Origin: Patescibacteria group bacterium | GTDB taxonomy: Bacteria > Patescibacteriota > Minisyncoccia > Phycocordibacterales > JACOZG01 | Direction of reading: 5' to 3' | Length of the DNA: 64,000 nucleotides | Assembly: GCA_038065495.1 (NCBI GenBank) | Contig: JBBTQW010000002.1 | Span: forward strand, 261,373-325,372 | In this document: piece by piece, positions 1 through 9,506 of the stretch | Layout of the letters: each line of letters opens with the position of its first letter | Numbering within the stretch: position 1 is the stretch's first letter | Program-made: the position numbers and the translations under genes | Notes under the pieces: model-generated | Databases searched by the model: none | What the model was told of the DNA's origin: nothing | What the model saw: the letters and a program-made list of their open reading frames with translations, nothing else

Positions 1-1580
1 TCTATACAATATATCTCGTTAATTTTCTTTAGCCTTGAGATCAGGCGGATATTGGTGTGTGGCCCACAACCAACCTCCAGCGCTTTCCCGATTTGCGCTG
101 GCAAAGTGCGATAATTATCAAATTGCTTTTTCCACCAGAAGTTCCAATCATCACCAGCATAAAAATCGCGATACCACAGTAGTTCGAAAAAATTCTTTGG
201 ACTTCTCTTTAGAGCTCTCAAAAACTTAAGTAGTATCTGTGAGCGAGAATTATTCTGATTAGCTTTTACCCAACAACTTCGTTCAAATTCTTGCGCGGCT
301 AACCACTTCTGCTGATCAACAGCCAGTACCGAACCGTCTTTGTGTTCGTCAGCCGGCTTTAATCCATAACCAGTGATATATTCTGCAACTTTCGTTTTTA
401 GATTAAACTCATTGCGTATCCGCTCGCAGCCAGCTTCGCCCATTTGTTGTGCTTGCTGGGGATTTTGTAGAAGATTAATAATTTTTTCTGCCATTTTTTT
501 AGTATCAAACGGATTAACCACATAACCGGTGACGCCATCTACAATCGCTTCCGCCGCACCACCGTAGACTGTGCCGACCACCGGCTTGCTCATGGCCATA
601 GCTTCCAAGACCACGCGTGGCAAAGAATCAAAACAGATTGATGGCACCAGAACCACGTCAGCAACAGCATAAATCTTCTTAGATTCTTCCTGCTCGAGCC
701 AACCCGTAAAAATTAATTTATCGGCCAACCCCAATTGCTCCGCGCGCGCTCTAATTTGGTCAGCAGAATGATCAATTTTGCCAGCCACTAACAGCACGGC
801 ATTAGACATAACAGGAGAAATTTCTACTAATGCTTCTAGCGCCTGTCCTCCGCCCTTTGCTCCACTTAATCTCCCACTAAATAAAATCACTTTCTTGTCA
901 GTCAAATTATATTTTTTTATTAGCTTACTAGTGATAATCTCGTCAATCTGCCAGTCTGCTAGATTGATACCCGTGTGCATCACTGATGCATTTTTGATAC
1001 CGTTCTGCGCCAGGGCTTTCTTGAGCGCTCCACTAACCGCAAACATTTGATCAACGTAGCGCAGATACTTCTTAATTAAAAAGTTACGTAATGGATTCCA
1101 GCGCTTGCCTGCTTGTTGCAGGTGATCAAGCCAAGTGGTATGGGCATCGAGATTCTCCAGATATTTTCTAGTGACCAATTTACCGTAATTAAAAGTCATC
1201 ACGTCACGCGCGGTAAAGACTACTGTCTTAGCATACTTTTTAGCAATCTTAAGGCAGTGATAAGACAGATGAAAGTGAACATTATTTGCATGCACCACGT
1301 CTGGCCGGATTGTGCTTAATATTCTCTTCACTTCTCGCACCACCGGTGGATTGTACAAACTCAAATAAGCTCGCCAAAAACTTGGATAATTACTCAGGAT
1401 CCGGTAAATTTTAATCCCGTCTTGTTCAAATTCTCCGGCGTCTTTTTTGAGCCGACAAGTGGTCACCAGATAAACACTCTGCCCGGCTTCTTTAAGACCA
1501 AGGGCTAGCTCATGAGTAGAAACAGTCGCCCCCGCAAAACCTTGCGAGGGAGCATTATCGTGAAGCAGAACTATTTTCAT
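1..1580 (-). CDS. GT4-family glycosyltransferase. The reading frame stays open past the window start. The C-terminal extension carries a possible SAM-binding motif (LEVGCGPHTN). Partial.
   Basis: ATG at 1580..1578 on the minus strand. Translation MKIVLLHDNAPSQGFAG...EAMAMSKPVVGTVYGGAAEAIVDGVTGYVVNP shows classic GT4/GT-B motifs. I found no in-frame stop down to position 1. The N-terminus follows the stop of the downstream CE4 gene after a 13-nt gap. Confidence 0.7.
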   Translation of the reverse strand, partial: MKIVLLHDNAPSQGFAGATVSTHELALGLKEAGQSVYLVTTCRLKKDAGEFEQDGIKIYRILSNYPSFWRAYLSLYNPPVVREVKRILSTIRPDVVHANNVHFHLSYHCLKIAKKYAKTVVFTARDVMTFNYGKLVTRKYLENLDAHTTWLDHLQQAGKRWNPLRNFLIKKYLRYVDQMFAVSGALKKALAQNGIKNASVMHTGINLADWQIDEIITSKLIKKYNLTDKKVILFSGRLSGAKGGGQALEALVEISPVMSNAVLLVAGKIDHSADQIRARAEQLGLADKLIFTGWLEQEESKKIYAVADVVLVPSICFDSLPRVVLEAMAMSKPVVGTVYGGAAEAIVDGVTGYVVNPFDTKKMAEKIINLLQNPQQAQQMGEAGCERIRNEFNLKTKVAEYITGYGLKPADEHKDGSVLAVDQQKWLAAQEFERSCWVKANQNNSRSQILLKFLRALKRSPKNFFELLWYRDFYAGDDWNFWWKKQFDNYRTLPAQIGKALEVGCGPHTNIRLISRLKKINEIYCI

Positions 1581-1593
1581 ACTGGAACCCATA

Positions 1594-2343
1594 TCATTCC
1601 CACTCTAACACCTCACTATTAGATAAACAAACAATGTTTTGATGTTCTCTGACAAACTTAAGGAACGATTCGAGCTCTGACCACATTTCATATTTTTCCA
1701 GTTCCCAAGAGTGACCGTAGAGGTGGAAATAGTTGCCTTCGGCGAGAGCTTTTTTAAACCATTTTCGAGCCAACGACTGCCAAGATAAACTCCATTGCTT
1801 TGGGGTATAAGCCCGCATGGGATCAAGAATCCTTCGCCAGTACAAATTATTAGAATCTAGCCACCGCAAGGGAAACGGCTGGCAGATGATAGTCACGTCC
1901 ATCAGAAATTTTTTCTCTTTTGCTTTCTGAATAGAAAGTTTTTTGGTCGTACGAACACCCATGAAACCCGACTCTCTGACAACTTTCGTAAGAAATTCAT
2001 TGGATTTCCCGCCCGGGAAGGCAAAAATCTTGGCTGGTGAACCGGTAATTTTCTGCAAAAACTCTTGGCTACCTGTTATTTCACTTTTTGCCTCTTCTGG
2101 CGATATCTCTGTCAATCTAGAGTGCGTGAGCGAATGTCCTCCGACCTCATGAGAAACAGCAAGAGAACGAATCTCTTCTTCCGTCAGCCGACGATTATAA
2201 GCAGAATACTTACCAGTTCTTCCAGCAAATTTTTCTGGTACATAAAATGTACCCTTAATGCCGTAACGGGCTAGTAAATCCGCCACTTTTAGATCAAGCA
2301 CCGAGCCGTCGTCCCAACTGGTAGTAAATAATATTTTATTCAT
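1594..2343 (-). CDS. Polysaccharide deacetylase, CE4/NodB family.
   Basis: Motifs LFTTSWDDG (TFDDG-like) and HSLTH (H-S/T-x-x-H). The ATG at 2343 forms an ATGA overlap with the stop of the upstream gene. The ORF track gives a longer form, 1594..2376. Confidence 0.7.
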   Translation of the reverse strand: MNKILFTTSWDDGSVLDLKVADLLARYGIKGTFYVPEKFAGRTGKYSAYNRRLTEEEIRSLAVSHEVGGHSLTHSRLTEISPEEAKSEITGSQEFLQKITGSPAKIFAFPGGKSNEFLTKVVRESGFMGVRTTKKLSIQKAKEKKFLMDVTIICQPFPLRWLDSNNLYWRRILDPMRAYTPKQWSLSWQSLARKWFKKALAEGNYFHLYGHSWELEKYEMWSELESFLKFVREHQNIVCLSNSEVLEWE

Positions 2344-3482
2344 CGGATGTCTCTTAGTAGCAAACAAAATTTCCAAAACAACTTACTGTTGAGGCCTTGC
2401 TTACCGGCAGAGAAACCATAAGAATATGGTATTTTAAACCATCCTCCGCTCGCGACGGAAGATCCATAGGCCATGTTCACCGCCCTTACATGATTATTTA
2501 AATTATCTGGAGATCTAAGATTGTTCCACTCTCTCGAAGCAGACAGATGTTGACGGACGATGTCCGAAAACTCTCCCTCGCCTTGATCATAGGCTTGGAA
2601 AAAGACTGAAAAAGACGTCGGTAATAATAATCGAAATGATTCGACTTTTTTGCCAAACACTTTTGAGTCCCAGATTAATGATTTATCAAATTCCTCGATA
2701 AATTGCTGGTGTGACCAGCCGGTAGTAAACTTTACAGCAAATTTATCATTAGAGAACTTAACGTTCTGGGCATTTCTATTTACAAGAGTCTCTTTGGAAA
2801 CAAAACCGTCGAGCTCCATCACCGCTCTGGAGACAAGCACTATCCCTTCTTCAAGAAGAACCGAGAGTTCTTGGATAGCCAAACTTTCGTCTAGAGCAAA
2901 CCAATTCTCGCGCAAACTTTGTATTCTCTGCCCAAAACCGTGATCAATATCTACTCCAGATATTTCCCGCACCATCCACGACGTATACACGAGCGAATAT
3001 AAAGATCCGATCAACTGACGAACGTTTTGCGGTGCTTTCTTAAATTTACTGAAAAGTAATAACTTATTGACTAAAACATCAAACAGGATAAAAGCGAGTG
3101 TCCACTGGCGATTATTCTCCGGTATCGCCAAAAAATTATGCTCTATTCCCGCAATAAGACGAAGATTTGTAGTTTCTTGAGGATAGAGAAAATAAAAATA
3201 TTCAGCAGAACTCTGGCTAAAGCTTAAGTACCGATGAGTAAAGATAAAATTAGCTTTTTCTGATAAAGACCATGGATTACTTAGTGGTTTGGGCGTCAGT
3301 TCGTCCTTGTAGATGAGAACTATGTCTAAGTCCGAGATGCCTGGACACCATTCTCCTCCCATCAGGTAAGCAGCACTTACCGTTGGATTGCTTAAAGCCT
3401 CTTTTCTAATCAAATCAACGCACTTTTCATAGTCGGCTCGCTCTAGGCGTATCGGTAAATTATAACTATTTTTTATATTCAT
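2340..3482 (-). CDS. Nucleotidyltransferase-fold protein, possibly a LicD/fukutin-like phospho-alcohol transferase.
   Basis: GG-x-PGISDLDIV is a minimal polymerase-beta-type NTase motif (G[GS]...D-x-D). The gene is a tandem paralog of the next gene and is 380 aa long. Confidence 0.4.
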   Translation of the reverse strand: MNIKNSYNLPIRLERADYEKCVDLIRKEALSNPTVSAAYLMGGEWCPGISDLDIVLIYKDELTPKPLSNPWSLSEKANFIFTHRYLSFSQSSAEYFYFLYPQETTNLRLIAGIEHNFLAIPENNRQWTLAFILFDVLVNKLLLFSKFKKAPQNVRQLIGSLYSLVYTSWMVREISGVDIDHGFGQRIQSLRENWFALDESLAIQELSVLLEEGIVLVSRAVMELDGFVSKETLVNRNAQNVKFSNDKFAVKFTTGWSHQQFIEEFDKSLIWDSKVFGKKVESFRLLLPTSFSVFFQAYDQGEGEFSDIVRQHLSASREWNNLRSPDNLNNHVRAVNMAYGSSVASGGWFKIPYSYGFSAGKQGLNSKLFWKFCLLLRDIR

Positions 3483-4521
3483 AAAGATGAAGAAATTCTC
3501 TTGTTAGCCGTTCTATTTCGATAAGACTTTGTGCTGGACGTTTTAGCAAAGCTGGTTTTCTGGCAATGGCCACTATAATTCTAGACAACCAATATGGCAA
3601 ACTTACAATTAGTCTAGCTGGGAGGTATTTTACAAAATTAGACACTTCCCACTTTCTCATAATATCAGTCGCTTGATCAAGTGACCGTGCATCAAAATCA
3701 TTTAATACCTGCTTGACCTTAAGAAACGATTCTCTTTTATATACATATACACCTCTCGTCTGCAGAAGAAGCGACGGCAATAAAAATGTGTGCGCTAAAT
3801 CATTTTTCCAATCATACTGATTTCGACTCCAATTTCCGTTTTTAACTTTACGACGAAAGTGTTCCGTAAATTTCTCGAAGACTGCCGCTTGTTCGCTGGT
3901 ATCATCTCGGACGTCAAAATGGATTTGTCCTGTTCCCAACAAAAGCAGAGCCTGTTCATAAGAGGGTAATGGCAAAAAAGACTGAGGATAATAACTTAGA
4001 TCAAATTCTGTGATGAAAGATAGTTGATGATGAGCCAGCGGATCAATCCAATAACACAACAACCCCAGTTTCAAAAAAACTTTTTTTACTCTCTGTAAAT
4101 TAGTTACAGAATCAAACACGGAATCCTTTAGAACAATCATCGTGTCCAGATCACTCCACATGGGGATAAAGTCCCGCGTGGCATAACTACCGTGGACGAC
4201 AAAAGAGTGGATAAACTCATGGACAGAAGCCGCCTGATCACGCATTAGTCTGACTATCCGATAAGCAAAGTCTTTCTTAGCCAATCCAGAGTCAAAAATA
4301 TCGGAAATAGAGACCGTCTTAACGGACAGTTCCGGCGAAAGTTTGAGTCTCGCTCCCCTCAACTGGCGATATTGTTTGATTAAGGTTGGTGCATCTCCGT
4401 CTGGAGATTTCATGAAAATGCGAAGGTTTGTATTGAAGATAAGTTGCAGAGAGTTGAGCTCTGCAACAGATTTGATTTGATCTTGGCTTGAGAAATTCCT
4501 AGAAGAAGCCGCAGTTTTCAT
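3466..4521 (-). CDS. LicD/fukutin-like nucleotidyltransferase-fold protein (putative CDP-alcohol phosphotransferase).
   Basis: HGSYATRDFIPMWSDLDTMIV resembles the LicD signature G-S/T-LLG-x-R-x-x-FIPWDDDID. 351 aa, ATGA-coupled to the GT-C gene. Confidence 0.45.
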   Translation of the reverse strand: MKTAASSRNFSSQDQIKSVAELNSLQLIFNTNLRIFMKSPDGDAPTLIKQYRQLRGARLKLSPELSVKTVSISDIFDSGLAKKDFAYRIVRLMRDQAASVHEFIHSFVVHGSYATRDFIPMWSDLDTMIVLKDSVFDSVTNLQRVKKVFLKLGLLCYWIDPLAHHQLSFITEFDLSYYPQSFLPLPSYEQALLLLGTGQIHFDVRDDTSEQAAVFEKFTEHFRRKVKNGNWSRNQYDWKNDLAHTFLLPSLLLQTRGVYVYKRESFLKVKQVLNDFDARSLDQATDIMRKWEVSNFVKYLPARLIVSLPYWLSRIIVAIARKPALLKRPAQSLIEIERLTREFLHLYEYKK

Positions 4522-6287
4522 GCCTTGTGGTAAATAGCCACTTCACCAAATTCTACAGATTTTTCTAGAAAATTATACCGATCTAAATCCCAAGTTGGAT
4601 CAGTTTTTTTGTCCCAAATAATGTACTCAATTTCATACTTATCAAACACTTCCTGTAACCACCGAGAGTCTGGAGTCTCAAGAGTTTTGGTGTAAAATCT
4701 AACAAATTCTTCTATCTTTTCGTCTGGTATCGCCTCATATGAACCAAGTGCCTCTCGGTAATATATCCCGTAAATATTTGAAGAGAGGTACGCCCTATCT
4801 GCAAAAAACCTGTCCCGAGCAGTATCTTCTTCAACTTTCTCCAGACGATAAAGAGTGGCCACCACTTCTAACAAACGTTCCTTTGTCGCCGCGAGAGAAT
4901 TACCGGCCACTCGATGATAAAAAACATTGAGAGGAGTATAGATGACGGTCAAATGCGATACTTCGTTATTGGCCAGAACAACCGCCTCTTTTTGAGCATG
5001 CTCGCTTAGCCAACGCATAACCGGACCATATTTTTGTCTTTCAATCGCAATCTCGCCACCATCTCGCCAGTCAGAAAAATAGGAGATGACCTGAGTAAAC
5101 ATCCCCGTAAAAATACTCGCTAAAATAATGACAACGGCCAATGATTTCTTGTAAAAGATGAGTCCGCGAGAAGTTAAAAAATGAAAAATCACAAAAAGAA
5201 TCATTATGAGAGCCAGCGGTTTATTGAAAAACCAATGGTAGTGATCTACCTGCATAATTCTCCCGGTCAGAATCTGTTGATTGTGCGTGACAAAAGCTGT
5301 GAGCAACAAAGCCAAACCAAAGAAATATCTCTCTTTATCTTCCCTGGGGAATCCAATTAAAAAGATCATCAGAGCTGCAATCGTCGTGAAACCAACAAAG
5401 ATGGGTGCGTGAGATAAAACTAGACCAAACCGAGCGCTGGCTTCTGTAAAAGTAGGGTACATGGAAGCTCGGTAGAGATTGATAAAGTACGGAATGGCGA
5501 CCAACAAACCACCAACAAAAACACCCGCGAGCTTAACACTCTCTCGCCACTTTCTCTGTATAAGAAAAGACAGAACCAGAACACCGCCAAAAGCATACAA
5601 AAAAGTCCAAGTGTAGAAATAATTATAGAAGTTTAAGCCAAGCAGGACAGCGCTAGCTATGCCATAACGCCAATTGCGCTTCTGATAAAATAACCAAAAA
5701 GCTATTAAAAAGGCGAAAAAGGGAATGTAGGTCATCACCGGATTAACCGGCCGGGAAAGTTGCAAAAAATTGACCGGACCCAGGCCCGAAAATATCCGTG
5801 AGAGTCCGGAAAAAGAGATGACTGAGTCACCCAACAAGATTACTGCCGCACTCGATAGAGCGAGAAGTTTATCTGCCGATAATAAAAAAACAAAAGCGTA
5901 GAGCAGTAGAGAGACAACAAAAGAGAGAACAACGCGCGACAAGAGCAAGGTATTATTGATATCCAAACCAAACAATTCCCCCATGTAGCCCACAACCATC
6001 GGTTGCAGTGGCTGCCAGAGATACGGTCCATCTTTGCCGTCTTTGTAGTAGACATTACCCATGCCTGGATGCCCATCCAATACCTCTCGTGCAAGCGCAG
6101 AGCGCGGCGAGTCTGGCAAGAGCTCTATTCCCTGGTAAATACCGTCATCTTTATGATCAATGCGAAAATAGACCTGTGGAAAGGCAACAATGATTGAGGT
6201 AAGTAAGGCTAGAACAAGCGCCCAACGATGTTTTTGCAATATTAAACCCAGTTTCATCATCAGTTCTATGACCATTGATTGTACCAC
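4518..6287 (-). CDS. Polytopic membrane protein with a C-terminal soluble domain. Putative GT-C-type (ArnT/PMT/GtrC-like) glycosyltransferase.
   Basis: About 11 predicted TM helices in the first ~400 aa, a loop rich in D/G/Y (IDHKDDGIYQG...YYKDGKDGPYLWQP) and a ~190-aa hydrophilic C-terminus. The architecture is typical of GT-C enzymes. The start may be M10 at 6260. Confidence 0.4.
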   Translation of the reverse strand: MVQSMVIELMMKLGLILQKHRWALVLALLTSIIVAFPQVYFRIDHKDDGIYQGIELLPDSPRSALAREVLDGHPGMGNVYYKDGKDGPYLWQPLQPMVVGYMGELFGLDINNTLLLSRVVLSFVVSLLLYAFVFLLSADKLLALSSAAVILLGDSVISFSGLSRIFSGLGPVNFLQLSRPVNPVMTYIPFFAFLIAFWLFYQKRNWRYGIASAVLLGLNFYNYFYTWTFLYAFGGVLVLSFLIQRKWRESVKLAGVFVGGLLVAIPYFINLYRASMYPTFTEASARFGLVLSHAPIFVGFTTIAALMIFLIGFPREDKERYFFGLALLLTAFVTHNQQILTGRIMQVDHYHWFFNKPLALIMILFVIFHFLTSRGLIFYKKSLAVVIILASIFTGMFTQVISYFSDWRDGGEIAIERQKYGPVMRWLSEHAQKEAVVLANNEVSHLTVIYTPLNVFYHRVAGNSLAATKERLLEVVATLYRLEKVEEDTARDRFFADRAYLSSNIYGIYYREALGSYEAIPDEKIEEFVRFYTKTLETPDSRWLQEVFDKYEIEYIIWDKKTDPTWDLDRYNFLEKSVEFGEVAIYHKA

Positions 6288-8137
6288 AGCTGAAATATTA
6301 ACAGGGTCCAGAGTAATTTTCTATTATCTTCTTGTCCCGAAAAATGTTCTTCTTTTAGCTTCTGAATATAATCGAAGTCAAACAAACCAGCTTTTTTTAT
6401 AGCCTGTTCGCTTAGTATTTCATTGCAGAAATCTTTAAGCTCATTCCTTAACCAGCCGGCCAAAGGGATACTAAATCCTTGCTTACGACGATAAATAATA
6501 TTCTCAGGCAATTTATCTTTCATTAGCTTTTTCAAGATATATTTTGTCGTAAACATTCTACTTTTATACTTATAAGCCAAAGAATTAACGTAGTTAGCGA
6601 AAGTGAAATCTAGAAATGGCGCCCTCACCTCAAGAGCGTGGAACATGCTTGCTCGATCAACTTTTACCAACACCTCGTCCATTAGGTAAGTCCGTAAATA
6701 TAGATAAATGAGCTTATTAGACCAACTCACATTCTTCACTTCTCCCAAATAATGATCAATCTCTTCATACTCGTTACGATCTTTTAGCTTTTCCCAAACT
6801 TCTTTTTTAAACAACTTCTCTCTATCTTCTCTCACGAAACTGCCCAACCATCTCTGGTGGCGATATTCTGTAGCCGAGCCGAAACCGTCGATAAATTTTT
6901 TAGCCTTAAACCTAAGACCAAAATAGCCGTAGCTTACTGGCAGTTTAGAAACTATTTTGCTGATTATCTTATTCCGAATAAAAGACGGTATCAGGCTATA
7001 CAGACCGGCGACCTTTTCTGCCTTAAATGTGGGATAGCCAGCAAAGAGTTCATCGCCACCGTCGCCACCAAGAGCAACCGAAACATGCTTCTTAGCAAAT
7101 TCTGATAGAAATAGGGTTGGGATAATTGAAGCATCGGCGAGCGGCTCATCAATCACTGCTCCAATGTGCGGAATCATTTCCAGTAGATCTTGCGCACTTA
7201 AAATTTTAGAATAGTGGTCTGTCCCAAGAAAATCACTAACCTGTTTAGCATAATCTGATTCATCAAAGTTCTCGTCTTCAAATCCGATCGAAAAGGTTTT
7301 AATCTTCTCTTTACTATTTTTCTGAGCATAGTAAGCCACAGTCGAACTATCGATCCCCCCACTTAGAAAAACGCCAAGAGGCACATCAGATATTAATCTT
7401 CTTTTTACGCTTTCTTCTAGTTTGTGATCTAAAACTTTTAAAGCTTCACCGAGAGAGACGTCTTGTTGGACAAAGCTCATGCGCCAAAAGATTTTCTTTT
7501 TTATCTCTCCATTCTGGAAAGACAAACAAGACGCTGGTTCTAATTTGTAAACATCTTTAAAAATACTGTTTGGCGTAGGAACATATTCATACGCTAAGTA
7601 TTTATTTAGTGATTCTAGACTAATTTCTTTTCTAAAAGACGGATGCTTTAGTAGCGCCTTTAGTTCCGAACCAAACATAAACGTGCCGTCAAATATTCCC
7701 CAATAAAGTGGCTTCTTACCAAATCTGTCTCGTGCTAGCAATAACTTATTTACCCGGAAATCGTATAGAGCAATTGCAAACATGCCGTTAAGTTTTTCAA
7801 AGCACTCTTCACCATATTCTTCATACAGCGCAAGTATAACTTCTGTATCAGTGCCTGTGGTGAACTGGCGTGATTTACTTAAAGAAAGCTCCTCTCTTAG
7901 CTCACGGAAGTTATATACTTCGCCATTAAAAACAATCGCCACCGTCATAGCTTGGTTCCACATTGGTTGCTTACCTTTCTCGCTAACATCAAGAATACTC
8001 AACCTGGTGTGAGCTAATCCAACTCCGTCTCGATAATACAGCCCTTTGTCGTCCGGGCCACGGTGCTCAATTGCGGCACGCATAGACTCAAGGTCATCTA
8101 AACTTCCTTTGCCAATAAAGCCAGCTATTCCACACAT
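6266..8137 (-). CDS. asnB: Asparagine synthase (glutamine-hydrolysing), AsnB-family amidotransferase.
   Basis: N-terminal MCGIAGFIG (Cys2 Ntn nucleophile) and the SGGIDSS PP-loop. 623 aa. Confidence 0.85.
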   Translation of the reverse strand: MCGIAGFIGKGSLDDLESMRAAIEHRGPDDKGLYYRDGVGLAHTRLSILDVSEKGKQPMWNQAMTVAIVFNGEVYNFRELREELSLSKSRQFTTGTDTEVILALYEEYGEECFEKLNGMFAIALYDFRVNKLLLARDRFGKKPLYWGIFDGTFMFGSELKALLKHPSFRKEISLESLNKYLAYEYVPTPNSIFKDVYKLEPASCLSFQNGEIKKKIFWRMSFVQQDVSLGEALKVLDHKLEESVKRRLISDVPLGVFLSGGIDSSTVAYYAQKNSKEKIKTFSIGFEDENFDESDYAKQVSDFLGTDHYSKILSAQDLLEMIPHIGAVIDEPLADASIIPTLFLSEFAKKHVSVALGGDGGDELFAGYPTFKAEKVAGLYSLIPSFIRNKIISKIVSKLPVSYGYFGLRFKAKKFIDGFGSATEYRHQRWLGSFVREDREKLFKKEVWEKLKDRNEYEEIDHYLGEVKNVSWSNKLIYLYLRTYLMDEVLVKVDRASMFHALEVRAPFLDFTFANYVNSLAYKYKSRMFTTKYILKKLMKDKLPENIIYRRKQGFSIPLAGWLRNELKDFCNEILSEQAIKKAGLFDFDYIQKLKEEHFSGQEDNRKLLWTLLIFQLWYNQWS

Positions 8138-8140
8138 AAT

Positions 8141-8533
8141 TTATATTTCATTTTTTACTAAAAAAATCGCCCGGTAGGTGAAAAAACTAAATGCAGCAAT
8201 AAGCGTGGTCATGATAACTTGTGCTATAAAGTACCAGACGCCGACCTTATCTACCAAAACAAACATTCCCAAGTCGTTTACACCCAAACTAGCCAGACTA
8301 ACGATTAGAAACAGCATTAACTGTCTGGGAGCATCGGCTCCGGCGCGACTCTGGAAGGTCCAAAACTTTTGCAGTAAGAAACTAGTGATAAACGCTAAGA
8401 CAAACGCCAAGGTTGATGAATATAGATACCAAATATCTAAAACCTCTCGAAAAAAAACCAGAGACAGAAACATTACTCCAGAAGCAACGGAGCCTGAAAC
8501 AATATATTTCAATACAGTACTTGAAACATTCAT
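8141..8533 (-). CDS. GtrA-family small membrane protein (polyprenol-phosphate-sugar translocation accessory).
   Basis: 130 aa, 4 TM helices, LQKFWTFQS motif typical of the GtrA family. Sits 2 nt downstream of the GT2 gene. Confidence 0.65.
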   Translation of the reverse strand: MNVSSTVLKYIVSGSVASGVMFLSLVFFREVLDIWYLYSSTLAFVLAFITSFLLQKFWTFQSRAGADAPRQLMLFLIVSLASLGVNDLGMFVLVDKVGVWYFIAQVIMTTLIAAFSFFTYRAIFLVKNEI

Positions 8534-8535
8534 TA

Positions 8536-9474
8536 CTAGCTAGTTATATGCTCGCTTATGATGTAGCCTGGCTCTTTCCCCGACTGGCGCACAACCAGTT
8601 CGCCCAAAAAGCCAGAAACAAAAGACTGGAAACCAACCACCACCAAGAGCACACCAAGAAGTAACAATGGCCTGTCGCCAACAAATTCATCTACAACGAT
8701 GATCAGCCAACTCATGTAAGCAAGGATGACAAACCCGATAAACCCTACTACAAAACCAAAGAAGCCGAACAAGTGCATCGGTCGATTACTAAAACGCCCC
8801 AAAAGAACAATAGATATAAAATCAAAAAAACTCTTGAAGAACCGGCCAAAATTGCCGTATTTACTCTCACCAAACTCTCGCTTGCGGTGATGCACCTTCT
8901 GCTCACTTACTTTATAACCCTTGCTGGCTACAATCGCCGGAATATACCGATGATGATCGCCGGTGAGAACCAAACTTTTTGCGACTTCACTCTTATACAA
9001 TTTATAACCGCAGTTCATGTCGTGGACATAAGCTCCTGTCACCAAGCCAGTTATCCAATTCGCAATTTTCGACACTAAGCCCTTACTCATCCCATCTAGA
9101 CGGTTTTGCTTCCAACCAACAACCAAGTCACCACCTCGTTTCACCTCGTCGAGAAAATTGGGAATTTCTGCCGGATCATCTTGTAAATCGCCGTCCATTG
9201 TAATGATATACCTGCCACGTGCCTGATCGAAACCCGCCTGCAACGCTTGCGATTTACCAAAGTTCCTGGCAAAACGAATAATCGTGGCTGGCTTGAACTG
9301 AGTTAAGACTTCAAATGTGTTATCACTAGAACCATCGTCAACAAAAATAATTTCAAAACTTTTGTCTAACTTCGTCAGCACACTAAGCAGCTCAGCATGA
9401 AGTTGGGGAACAGATTCCGCTTCGTTATAGACCGGAATAACCAGTGATAATTCCAGACTCGAGTCATTATTCAT
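8536..9474 (-). CDS. GT2 polyprenol-phosphate glycosyltransferase (DPM1/GtrB/ArnC-like) with C-terminal TM helices.
   Basis: LSLVIPVYNEAESV...FVDDGSSD...DGDLQDD (DxD motif), two C-terminal TM segments, 312 aa. Confidence 0.8.
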   Translation of the reverse strand: MNNDSSLELSLVIPVYNEAESVPQLHAELLSVLTKLDKSFEIIFVDDGSSDNTFEVLTQFKPATIIRFARNFGKSQALQAGFDQARGRYIITMDGDLQDDPAEIPNFLDEVKRGGDLVVGWKQNRLDGMSKGLVSKIANWITGLVTGAYVHDMNCGYKLYKSEVAKSLVLTGDHHRYIPAIVASKGYKVSEQKVHHRKREFGESKYGNFGRFFKSFFDFISIVLLGRFSNRPMHLFGFFGFVVGFIGFVILAYMSWLIIVVDEFVGDRPLLLLGVLLVVVGFQSFVSGFLGELVVRQSGKEPGYIISEHITS

Positions 9475-9506
9475 GAGTCATATTAAATCACAAAAGAATG
9501 TTGCTA

